From an uncultured Candidatus Saccharibacteria bacterium (GTDB lineage Bacteria > Patescibacteriota > Saccharimonadia > CAILAD01 > BJGX01): DNA of 64,000 nt. The stretch spans positions 1,375 to 65,374 of the forward strand of contig CAZWVB010000002.1 in assembly GCA_964637185.1 (NCBI GenBank), given 5' to 3'. Positions 1-10,616 of the stretch are shown here, piece by piece (position 1 is the first letter of the stretch; each line of letters begins with the position of its first letter). The notes beneath the pieces were generated by a model that worked only from the letters and a program-made list of their open reading frames with translations, did no database searches and was not told the DNA's origin. The position numbers and the translations under genes were made by a program.

Positions 1-573
1 TGATTTAGCAAAACCACGCATTACCACAATTGAGCAAACAATTACCACTAGTACTGCCAAGACAATTACTCCCATCAACAATCGGAGCTCCATAGTACCG
101 GCGAGTGTCCAGGCGGCTTGTAGTTTGGGACTCAGTGAGTTGATTGAGAATACGGCCGCTGTCACCACACCCAGTACGGCACCCGCCATAACTTCATGAG
201 GTTTGTGCCCCAATATCTCTCGTACTTTGACCGAATCATCAGCACCACGGACTGCACCAGACTTGCCTAGCTCATCAACTATTTGGTTGATAGCCCTAGC
301 CTGCTCGCCAGCTGCTCGCCGCACTCCAAAGCTATCGTACATCACTATAGCAGCTAATATTGCCGTGACCCCAAATATAGGGCTATCTGCGCCTGCGTTG
401 AAAAGCGCATAAGCGGCCAAGCTGCAGACTACCGCAGAATGCACGCTAGGCATACCTCCACTAGCATATAGATAGCGCAGGTCTGCTTCGCCACGAATCA
501 AGGCAATCGTAAATTTTAGAAGCTGGGCGATAGCCCAAGCTATAAGCGGCACATACAAATAGGGCGTGATCAC
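1..573 (-). CDS. Divergent PAP2 (DUF212) family membrane protein, 3' end runs off the window
   Basis: Not in the ORF track; translated by hand from GTG at 573 (GAGGA upstream). Gives ...SGGMPSVHSA...MYDSFGVRRAAG...ILGHKPHEV..., the DUF212 signature motifs. Frame stays open to position 1. Confidence 0.85.
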   Translation of the reverse strand, partial: MITPYLYVPLIAWAIAQLLKFTIALIRGEADLRYLYASGGMPSVHSAVVCSLAAYALFNAGADSPIFGVTAILAAIVMYDSFGVRRAAGEQARAINQIVDELGKSGAVRGADDSVKVREILGHKPHEVMAGAVLGVVTAAVFSINSLSPKLQAAWTLAGTMELRLLMGVIVLAVLVVIVCSIVVMRGFAKS

Positions 574-611
574 GTCTTATTCCTCACTCATATATATATG
601 ACTATTATACC

Positions 612-1178
612 TTAGTCCAAGCTGGAACTGAAGACCAGACCGTAGTGATAGCCAGTGATGTGTAGTACACGTTTGAATTTGAGGCCACATTGGGCCAATA
701 GCTGAATAGCTTGCTCCTTACTCATCCGTCGCTCATGCAATGGACCGACTTTTTCTTGCTGAGTATCCCAATCAATCAATACTACCTCGCTTTGAGGCTT
801 GAGAAACTGCCCGATACTTAGACAAAAAGCATCGGGATGAAAAGAATTCGAAAGCAAGTTGGTCAATAATACTAGATCCACGCTACCTACCTCTATCGAT
901 TTGCCAAGCAATACATCGCCCAGCAATACCGGTTTAATATGAGTATGCTCATGTACAGAGCGAACATGTTCGAGTGATTCACTATTGGGTCCAGCAATAT
1001 ACAGAGTTCCTTTGGGGCCGATTAACTTGCATGCCGCACGATGAAAATAACCTACCGGCATACCTATCTCAAGTATGGTATCGCCTTCACGAATATCCAA
1101 CTCGGCCAATATTTGTTCAGGACGAGCAAAGTTGCGTGACAATTGCGACAGTATGTTGTGAGGCAGGCGACTTAGCAT
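612..1178 (-). CDS. Class I SAM-dependent methyltransferase-like protein
   Basis: PEQIL..LDIREGDTILEIG..VG, SVDLVLL, LKP..EVVLIDW, GP..ERR and YHYGLV. The Gly-rich SAM motif is degenerate (IGMPVG). Confidence 0.7.
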   Translation of the reverse strand: MLSRLPHNILSQLSRNFARPEQILAELDIREGDTILEIGMPVGYFHRAACKLIGPKGTLYIAGPNSESLEHVRSVHEHTHIKPVLLGDVLLGKSIEVGSVDLVLLTNLLSNSFHPDAFCLSIGQFLKPQSEVVLIDWDTQQEKVGPLHERRMSKEQAIQLLAQCGLKFKRVLHITGYHYGLVFSSSLD

Positions 1179-1232
1179 AACTAATACAAGTATAAAGTTA
1201 AAACTATGAAGTTGAAAGTACCAAGCAAAAGT

Positions 1233-3329
1233 CTATTGGCCAGACTTGCGGCTGACTCGATACAGCATGCCCGCAACTAGCAGTGCTAGTAACGACAAGA
1301 ATGGTATGAAATATGGGTTGCTGGCGCTACGAGTAGTGCTATGTGTTGGCATTTGAGGCTCAGACTTTGCACCAGCATCACTATTGATGCTACTGGCCTG
1401 TTGGCTCATTTGGCCGATGTTTTGGCTACTGCTTACGATATTTTGCACAACAGCATTTGAGCTAGCTATGTCAGTCCCAGCCTGAGTTGCTGTATTGGTT
1501 GATGCATTAGTCATCGGGGTGTTGCCATATGGAGTATCAATACCAAAACTACCAAGCCAATCACCAAAAACGTTGATGATAAAAACCCCAAAGAATTTGG
1601 ACAAACCAAATGTTGAGTTGATGATATTACCAACATTGGCTGCTATTTTGGCATCACCACTAGTGGCATCACCAGCTTTGGTATTGCCGCTAACATCAGC
1701 GTTGCCGCTACGAGCAGACAGGTTGAGGTTGTTGTTGATAGTATTTTGGTTGGTATTGTTGAGAGTAGTACTACCTTCAGGTAGGCTTGAGTTGAGCTGA
1801 TCCGACTGTACCCCACCACCCAACACAGCACTTGTAGCACCCTGAGGTGCATCCATTATTAGCCCAAGCCATTTACCAAACACATTGACAAACACTAGTA
1901 CGGCATTCTCGGCTACTACATTGTGACCGGTCAGATTGAGTAAGGTCACCTGACTATTAGCATCGCCGGTCTTGGCACTACCGGCCTGTGTGTTGTTATC
2001 AACATTGGCGTTGCCAGACCGCGCGTCAGTGGTGATATTGTTGGCTATAGTATCGATATTCTGGGTATTGCTGAGCAGATCTCGATTGTGATTCTCTGTA
2101 ATCTGATTGTTGGAATTACTGCCAGTGGTATTGATGCTATTGCTGCTGCCACCAGACGGTGCGTTGCTAGCGATGAGACTATTCAAGAAATTCTGTGGTA
2201 GCAAAACATCGCCAGTAAAATTACCATAAACATTGAGCACCCCAAAGAATGACTGACGAGCCGATATAGCCGAGCCAATCAAATTTAGTAGATTGAGCAG
2301 TACATTGGCATTACCTGACTTGGCATTGCCCCCCTCAGTGTTACCACTTACACTAGCATCACCACTACGAGCAGCTAGATCAAGATTGTTGTTGATAGTA
2401 TTGAGATTGGTAGCGTTGATAGTAACATCTCCATTGTTCGTACCATCGATAGTATTGTTACTATTTGAGCCAGTATTACCGATGGAGTTGTTCTGCGATG
2501 ATCCAGACTTGTTGCTAGCAGAGTTGATAGTAGGTAGGTTGAGCATGATATCACCATTGAGATCGCCATAAACGTTTTTGACAAAGCTCATCAGCTGGCC
2601 ACCTGACAAATCCCAGGCCGAGCGAAGCAAGTTGAGGATATTGGCCAATGTGTTGGCATCGCCAGTGGTAGCATCGCTGGCTTTGGTATTGCCATTGACC
2701 GATGCGTTGCCGCTCAACGAATTCATATTGAAGTAATTGGCAACTTCTGTTCGGGAGAATAGATCAAAAAAACCATTGCTGTTGTTGAGAACAGTAGACT
2801 GATTGTTGGAGCCTGGACCGGTGTTGTTGATGCTGGCTTTACTGCTCGGCTGTGCCAAGCCCAATGCATCTACAGCTTGTTTGCTCAATACTACCGGAGT
2901 AGCAACATATCGACCAGTACTTGCATCATAAGTCCACTGCTGTGAACTCCAGGTACCCGTGGCTGGGTCAAAAAAGTAATCAGGCACGTCTTTGGGCCTA
3001 CTCTGATGAGTTGTCGGATCCCATATATAGTGATCGTTTTCCCAGTTGCCAGTGTCTTTGTTGTAAGTATAAGTTGAAGCCGAATCACCAGTTGGCTTTT
3101 GAGGGCCTGGGTCTACAGTAGGGCCGGGATCAGTGGTCGGGCCAATTGGCGGTGTTTGCGGCTCAGCCGGTGTAGTTGTTGCAGTTTGTTGAGAAGCGTC
3201 AGTAGAGTCTTCAGCTGCCAATGCGACAAGTGGACTAGAAAGAATTAGCGAGAGTGCCAAAACCAAGCTCAGTAGCGATTGAGCCAATTTACGGAGTTTG
3301 TTGCTGATAGTGTTGCTTGGTATGTTCAT
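1233..3329 (-). CDS. Exported Asn/Ser/Gly-rich repeat protein (4 repeats) with C-terminal membrane anchor
   Basis: ATG at 3329 after GAGGG. Signal peptide (..VALA/AED), Pro/Thr linker, aromatic-rich segment, four units with the core SG(N/D)AxVxxNTx(A/G)xxAx(S/T)GxA, then C-terminal TM and basic tail. Confidence 0.8.
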   Translation of the reverse strand: MNIPSNTISNKLRKLAQSLLSLVLALSLILSSPLVALAAEDSTDASQQTATTTPAEPQTPPIGPTTDPGPTVDPGPQKPTGDSASTYTYNKDTGNWENDHYIWDPTTHQSRPKDVPDYFFDPATGTWSSQQWTYDASTGRYVATPVVLSKQAVDALGLAQPSSKASINNTGPGSNNQSTVLNNSNGFFDLFSRTEVANYFNMNSLSGNASVNGNTKASDATTGDANTLANILNLLRSAWDLSGGQLMSFVKNVYGDLNGDIMLNLPTINSASNKSGSSQNNSIGNTGSNSNNTIDGTNNGDVTINATNLNTINNNLDLAARSGDASVSGNTEGGNAKSGNANVLLNLLNLIGSAISARQSFFGVLNVYGNFTGDVLLPQNFLNSLIASNAPSGGSSNSINTTGSNSNNQITENHNRDLLSNTQNIDTIANNITTDARSGNANVDNNTQAGSAKTGDANSQVTLLNLTGHNVVAENAVLVFVNVFGKWLGLIMDAPQGATSAVLGGGVQSDQLNSSLPEGSTTLNNTNQNTINNNLNLSARSGNADVSGNTKAGDATSGDAKIAANVGNIINSTFGLSKFFGVFIINVFGDWLGSFGIDTPYGNTPMTNASTNTATQAGTDIASSNAVVQNIVSSSQNIGQMSQQASSINSDAGAKSEPQMPTHSTTRSASNPYFIPFLSLLALLVAGMLYRVSRKSGQ

Positions 3330-3404
3330 AATATTTTCCCTCTCATTGGATAATTGCTGGCGCCTGTCCGCCAAAAACGGACGAGGCTGCCACACATACT
3401 AGTA

Positions 3405-3977
3405 CTAGTTAGAAACTGATACTGAAGTAGTGCTGGAGTTGCTGTTGGTGACGCTACCACTGACGGCTGAGCCGGCTGTAGTGTTGTTGTTCACATGAGC
3501 ATTACCAGTAGTACCGGTCTGACTGTTGGTGTTAGTTACGGTCACAACATTGTTGTTGGTGACAACGCTGTTAACAGCGTTTGTAAAGAACACTTGGTTG
3601 TTCGAGTTAGGACCAGTAACTGAGATAGTCGAGCTGTTGTTGCCCAAGACAGGCAGTACCAAACCACCACCAACATTGCTGAAAGCAAAGCTGGTAGAGC
3701 TGGAAGCGCTGTTGGTAACATTGCCACTCATGGCTGAACCGCCAGTAGTGTTGTTGTTGACCTGAGCATTACCAGTAGTACCACTTTGAGCATTGGCGTT
3801 GGTAGCAACACCAGTGTTGTTGTTGGTACGGGTAGATGTCCAAGTGTTGTTCTCGGTTACTTGGTTGTTGCTGCTAGGACCAGTAGTACCGATCACAGCA
3901 GAACTAGCCGAGACTACACCGGCAGTCATACCTAGGCTGGCAACTGCAACAGCTGCATAACGTAGTGCTTTTTTCAT
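3405..3977 (-). CDS. Small secreted Asn/Thr/Ser-rich two-repeat protein (candidate major fibre subunit)
   Basis: ATG at 3977 with strong SD AGGAGGTG. Signal peptide MKKALRY..VVSA, two ~73-aa repeats, no anchor, almost no charged residues in the mature part. Confidence 0.8.
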   Translation of the reverse strand: MKKALRYAAVAVASLGMTAGVVSASSAVIGTTGPSSNNQVTENNTWTSTRTNNNTGVATNANAQSGTTGNAQVNNNTTGGSAMSGNVTNSASSSTSFAFSNVGGGLVLPVLGNNSSTISVTGPNSNNQVFFTNAVNSVVTNNNVVTVTNTNSQTGTTGNAHVNNNTTAGSAVSGSVTNSNSSTTSVSVSN

Positions 3978-4000
3978 AGGTTTTTCACCTCCTATCATTA

Positions 4001-4078
4001 GTTATTTTCTTGGGCTTTCTCGAGCCCATCTCGGAGTAGCTGACTGCTCCGGGATGGACCCACGAAGGGTCCAATAAC
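4001..4078. promoter_or_regulatory. Intergenic multi-hairpin structure inside the repeat-protein operon
   Basis: Closing stem 4001-4006/4073-4078 encloses hairpins 4012-4027, 4028-4055 and 4056-4072. Confidence 0.55.
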
Positions 4079-4666
4079 TTAAGCGATTTGAGAAAGTTTA
4101 GTCATGCGTCGGGTCATGAGCCGTCCATAGCCATAGGTGCTAGCCAGCGCGATTGCTGCTGCTAGTGCAGTCATGGTCCAACTCCACTGTGGCAAACTCA
4201 TGGGCGCTTGTCCAAGTACACCCTGGCGAGCTCGCATCAATGCGTCGAGCAGGCGCAAATCAATGGGGCCCATTGCGCCGGTACGTGGCAAGGTAGCTTC
4301 TTGAGCCGCTGCCTGCTGAGCAGCAGTTGGAGTTACATTTGTGCCACCTCCTTGGCCACCAGTATTATTGATAGCTACGGTGGTAACAAATGAGTTGGTA
4401 TTGGTCACACTGCCGGAGACTGCATCGCCTCCCAATGTATTCTCGTTGACTTGTGCATTGCCTGTATTACCGCCTTGCCCATTGCCATTGCTGCCTACAA
4501 CTGTATCGTTGTTGACGACGCTCTCTACATATGAGTTGGTAATGGTTGCGCTATTGTTGCTACCCGCTCCAGTGCCAGTAATTGATGTTGTATCGGCGTG
4601 TGCTACGCCAGCGGTTGCCAAACTTACCAGCAGGCTGGCAGCGGCGATTAATTGTGCTTTTTTCAT
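4079..4666 (-). CDS. Secreted one-repeat protein with LPRTG motif and C-terminal TM
   Basis: Signal peptide (..VAHA/D), one copy of the same repeat, LPRTG, hydrophobic helix and basic tail. SD GGAGGA. Confidence 0.75.
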   Translation of the reverse strand: MKKAQLIAAASLLVSLATAGVAHADTTSITGTGAGSNNSATITNSYVESVVNNDTVVGSNGNGQGGNTGNAQVNENTLGGDAVSGSVTNTNSFVTTVAINNTGGQGGGTNVTPTAAQQAAAQEATLPRTGAMGPIDLRLLDALMRARQGVLGQAPMSLPQWSWTMTALAAAIALASTYGYGRLMTRRMTKLSQIA

Positions 4667-5505
4667 ACTAATCCTCCTTCGTTAGTTTGTTGAATTATTT
4701 TTTTGTTGCCGAAGCACGAAAAAACCGAGCCTTGATTTTTAAACAGTCCCGGTTGCATAGAAAGATATTGGAAGTATAACAAAGCTGCAGCATCAGCCAG
4801 ATCTGCGCGCGCAGCGTGCTGGTAACGGGTTTTGCGTAATAGGGAAATACCTACTCCCACCATCAACAGTATCGTGGCCAAACTCAAGCCAATTACCTCA
4901 GGTACAGACGTTGATGTTGGTAACGCTACGAAGATCTCCAATAGGGACCAGCCTTGGCTAGCAACTTGGGAGCCTACATAGGCCATGCCAAATAAAATCA
5001 TGAGTGGGTTGGAAGTAACCGGTAATTGGGGAGTGCTTGGCACTGGGGTATTGGTAGTCAGGGCAGCCGGTGCAGTCAGTGCGATGTCTCCTTGTTGAGC
5101 AGTAAGCTGTGTATGCCGTATTGTTGCCGTATATACTGGCATCTTCACGGCACTGGGATCATCCCGTACTAGACCAGCTGCTGCTGGAGTAGTTGTTACC
5201 TGCCCTCGTGCTGCCGCTGGGGTAGTTGAGACTTCGGCAAGGTTGCCAGAGTCCAATTGGGCTGGCGGCTGGCTATCGTTTTTGGTGTCACCAATCACTA
5301 CTGATTTTTGTGTATGCTCTTCTACCGTGGTTGATTCATGGTGTTCAACAACTTCTTTATGAGCCTCTGTGATAGCTCCTTGCTGAGCCTTCTCCATAGG
5401 TTCGTTTGATACTTCTGCAGCTGCACGGGCACGTGAGGCAGTAGCGCCAAAAGCAACTACCACGGTCAGCAGCAAAAGTACAAAACGAACTGTACGTACA
5501 CCCAT
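4663..5505 (-). CDS. Exported low-complexity (Thr/Pro/Ala) membrane protein, hypothetical
   Basis: SD AAGGAG, N-terminal signal peptide, C-terminal hydrophobic segments, 4-nt overlap with the next gene. Confidence 0.65.
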   Translation of the reverse strand: MGVRTVRFVLLLLTVVVAFGATASRARAAAEVSNEPMEKAQQGAITEAHKEVVEHHESTTVEEHTQKSVVIGDTKNDSQPPAQLDSGNLAEVSTTPAAARGQVTTTPAAAGLVRDDPSAVKMPVYTATIRHTQLTAQQGDIALTAPAALTTNTPVPSTPQLPVTSNPLMILFGMAYVGSQVASQGWSLLEIFVALPTSTSVPEVIGLSLATILLMVGVGISLLRKTRYQHAARADLADAAALLYFQYLSMQPGLFKNQGSVFSCFGNKKIIQQTNEGGLV

Positions 5506-5573
5506 AAATTACTCCTTTTTGCGATTAACAGTCGGGACTCTCTGCCGCACAGAATTCACTACTGTCTACATAG

Positions 5574-5674
5574 ACTATACAAAGCTCATACAGAAGGTGC
5601 AATAAGATTTTTTACTTTTTTGTAGATTTTGTGTTTATTTCTGACTTTATACTGCTCAATACATTTAATGTCAA
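5574..5674 (-). promoter_or_regulatory. Tandem sigma70-type promoters for the repeat-protein operon
   Basis: TTGACA(5674-5669)-17-TATAAA(5651-5646) and TTGCAC(5602-5597)-17-TATAGT(5579-5574). Confidence 0.65.
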
Positions 5675-5697
5675 GCAAGAGCTTTTTATTGCTCAGG

Positions 5698-8223
5698 CTA
5701 TTTGGAGTTCTCTGTGTCCGGCGCAACTGCGTCTTTGGCAAGCTGATCTTCAATAACAGTAACTGATGCTATTTCATCACCATCATTCAGACGCATGATA
5801 CGCACACCTTGGGTAGAACGGCCAATCTGCGGAATGTCTTGCAGGTGTAGGCGGATTACCTGGCCAAGTTTGGAAATTAGCAGCACGTCAGCTTTGTCTT
5901 CATTGGTGATCCTTACATCAACGGCCTTGCCCGTCTTCTGTGTGACTACGCCAGCGCGGATACCAACACCACCCCGATTGTGAGTAGAGAACTGCTTCGA
6001 GCTCGTGCGTTTGCCGTAGCCATTTTGCATTACTACTAACATCATAGCTTCTTGGCCACCAATCACATCCACACCAACCACACTGTCTTCACTACGCAGA
6101 CGAATACCACGCACGCCGCGTGTCGCGCGCCCCATTGGCCGTACATCAGTCTCCTTAAATCGAATGGCTTGAGCCATGGCGGTAGATATAATTACCTCAT
6201 CCTGGCCGGAGGTCTTTTTGACCCATCGTAGTTGGTCGCCTGAGTCTAGCTTGATCGCCACAATACCGGAAGTACGAATATTGGCAAAGTCTTTGAGCGC
6301 GGTCTTTTTGATGGTCCCATTGCGGGTTGCCATGAAAAGATATTGGGTCTGATCGTCTTTGACCAAAGCAACCAAGGCGGTTACTTTCTCGTCTGGGCTA
6401 AGATTGAGCACATTCATAATTGAAGCACCTTTGGCTACCCGTGAGGCGGGCGGCAGCTCGTAAGCCTTTAGCTTGAAAACGCGACCAGCCGAAGTGAAGA
6501 ACAAGATAGTGTCATGTGAGTTGGCGTGTACCAGATGTTCAACAACGTCCTCTTCCTTGGTTGTCATACCCATTTTGCCTTTGCCGCCCCGACCCTGGCT
6601 AGCATAGGTACTGGTAGGGATGCGTTTGATATAGTTGCCCTTAGTAAGTGTGATGATCACTTCTTCATCAGGAATAAGATCTTCATCGGAGAAGTTGCCG
6701 ATGGCTTTTTTCACTATCTTGGTACGGCGAGCATCGGCATATTTTTCTTTGATTGCCAGCAATTCCTCGCGAATTACTTTAAGGATGTTTGCCTCATCGC
6801 TCAGGATAGTTTCGAGCTCTTTGATGAGTTTTTGCAGAGCATCGTACTCATCTTCAATCTTTTTACGCTCCAGCCCGGCCAAGGTACGCAGTTGCATGGC
6901 AAGTATCGCGTTGGCTTGGACCTCGGTCAGCTTAAAGCGCGACATCAAATTGGCCCGGGCTTCTTCTTGGGTCTCTGATTCTCGAATAGTTGATATCACG
7001 GCGTCAATCTGGTCAAGCGCAATTTTGAGACCTTCCAGGATGTGAGCACGGTCCTTGGCCTTTTTGAGCTCAAACTCAGTACGACGTCGCACCACTACCT
7101 GACGATGCTTGAGGTATTCACGTAATACCATCTCCAGATTGAGTACGCGTGGTTGAATACCGTCTACCAAAGCCAACATATTGACGTGGAAGGCTGTCTG
7201 CATGGTAGTAAGCTTGTACAACTGATTGAGCAATTTGTTGGCGTAAGCGTCTTTTTTGAGCTCTATGACAATCCGGACAGCTTCCTTGGCGGACTCATCG
7301 CGCAAGTCAGCAATGCCCATAACTTTCTTGTCACGATGTAGCTCAGCTATCTTCTCAATCAATTGCGACGGGTTGACTTGATATGGCACTTCACTGATTA
7401 CTATGCGCTCGCGGCCTTTGCTGTCTTCTTCAATTTCGGCTACCGCCCGCATGGTGATACTGCCCTTACCAGTGCCATAAGCTTGTGCGATCGAACCGTC
7501 GTCATATATGACACCGCCAGTAGGGAAATCAGGGCCTTTGATAATCTTCGTCAGCTCGGCCACGCCTGCCTCTGGTGTGTCGATAAGGCAAATTACGCCG
7601 TCAATAACTTCGGCCAAATTGTGTGTTGGGATATTGGTGGCCATGCCCACCGCGATACCTTGTACGCCATTGAGTAGTAGGTTGGGCAATTTGGCTGGTA
7701 GTACTCTCGGCTCTTGTTGGCTACCGTCATAGTTGGGGATGAAGTCTACTGTGTCTTTGTCAATGTCAGCCAGCATTTCCTCAGCAATCTTAGTCATGCG
7801 GGCTTCGGTATAGCGCATGGCAGCAGGTGCGTCACCATCGATCGAGCCAAAGTTACCTTGGCCGTCGACCAACATGTAGCGCATCGACCAGTACTGAGCC
7901 ATACGTGCCATCGAATCATAAATGGCGGCATCGCCATGGGGATGGTATTTGGCCATCACCACGCCGACAGTGTTGGCAGACTTGCGGTATTTGGCGGTCG
8001 AGCGCAGACCTTCTTGTAACATCGTAAATAGGATGCGACGATGGACTGGCTTAAGGCCGTCGCGCACATCCGGCAAAGCTCGTGCCACAATCACACTCAT
8101 GGCGTAGTCAAGATAGCTTTTTTCCATCTCTGTCTCGACTGTCCGTGGTGCTATGAGGCCAAACTCAGTCTTCTGAGGCTCTAGCTTGCTATCATCAAAG
8201 GCAATGAATTCTGGTTCTTCCAT
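5698..8223 (-). CDS. gyrA: DNA gyrase subunit A
   Basis: RALPDVRDGLKPVHRR, YHPHGD, AAMRYTE catalytic Tyr, GyrA-box QGRGGKG. Confidence 0.98.
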   Translation of the reverse strand: MEEPEFIAFDDSKLEPQKTEFGLIAPRTVETEMEKSYLDYAMSVIVARALPDVRDGLKPVHRRILFTMLQEGLRSTAKYRKSANTVGVVMAKYHPHGDAAIYDSMARMAQYWSMRYMLVDGQGNFGSIDGDAPAAMRYTEARMTKIAEEMLADIDKDTVDFIPNYDGSQQEPRVLPAKLPNLLLNGVQGIAVGMATNIPTHNLAEVIDGVICLIDTPEAGVAELTKIIKGPDFPTGGVIYDDGSIAQAYGTGKGSITMRAVAEIEEDSKGRERIVISEVPYQVNPSQLIEKIAELHRDKKVMGIADLRDESAKEAVRIVIELKKDAYANKLLNQLYKLTTMQTAFHVNMLALVDGIQPRVLNLEMVLREYLKHRQVVVRRRTEFELKKAKDRAHILEGLKIALDQIDAVISTIRESETQEEARANLMSRFKLTEVQANAILAMQLRTLAGLERKKIEDEYDALQKLIKELETILSDEANILKVIREELLAIKEKYADARRTKIVKKAIGNFSDEDLIPDEEVIITLTKGNYIKRIPTSTYASQGRGGKGKMGMTTKEEDVVEHLVHANSHDTILFFTSAGRVFKLKAYELPPASRVAKGASIMNVLNLSPDEKVTALVALVKDDQTQYLFMATRNGTIKKTALKDFANIRTSGIVAIKLDSGDQLRWVKKTSGQDEVIISTAMAQAIRFKETDVRPMGRATRGVRGIRLRSEDSVVGVDVIGGQEAMMLVVMQNGYGKRTSSKQFSTHNRGGVGIRAGVVTQKTGKAVDVRITNEDKADVLLISKLGQVIRLHLQDIPQIGRSTQGVRIMRLNDGDEIASVTVIEDQLAKDAVAPDTENSK

Positions 8224-8225
8224 GG

Positions 8226-10301
<2,076 letters not shown>

Positions 10302-10456
10302 CTAGTATATCACCCTCTTTTTAGACAAATAAAACATGAGCTTTTCAACTCACTTGCTAACTACTATTATAGCTACTTAACAGGTTACAAGCAAGTGCTA
10401 TAACCTGGGATAACGATTACAATTACTACTTAATTGGTTCTGGGTAGCACCTAATT

Positions 10457-10603
10457 TTACTGGAAGAGAATCAAGGTTTCTGCAAGTTGTTGGTTGATAT
10501 CGGCAATCTTACCCACTTGTTGCTGAACCGCGTTGGTAATAACGGCTTTTAGCTTGTCGTATTTGACACCCTGAATCTCGCCATCTTTGTTGTTATAACA
10601 TTC
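10457..10603 (-). pseudogene. Start-less fragment of a peptidase S74 (tail-fibre chaperone) domain
   Basis: Hand translation ECYNNKDGEIQGVKYDKLKAVITNAVQQQVGKIADINQQLAETLILFQ*, bounded upstream by an in-frame stop. Resembles the C-terminal end of S74 domains. Confidence 0.55.
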
Positions 10604-10616
10604 TTAATAACTATTG

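Noticed and set aside
10457-10603. Diversity-generating retroelement template repeat
   Set aside because: No reverse transcriptase in the window and no near-identical, adenine-variant partner in either fibre gene.
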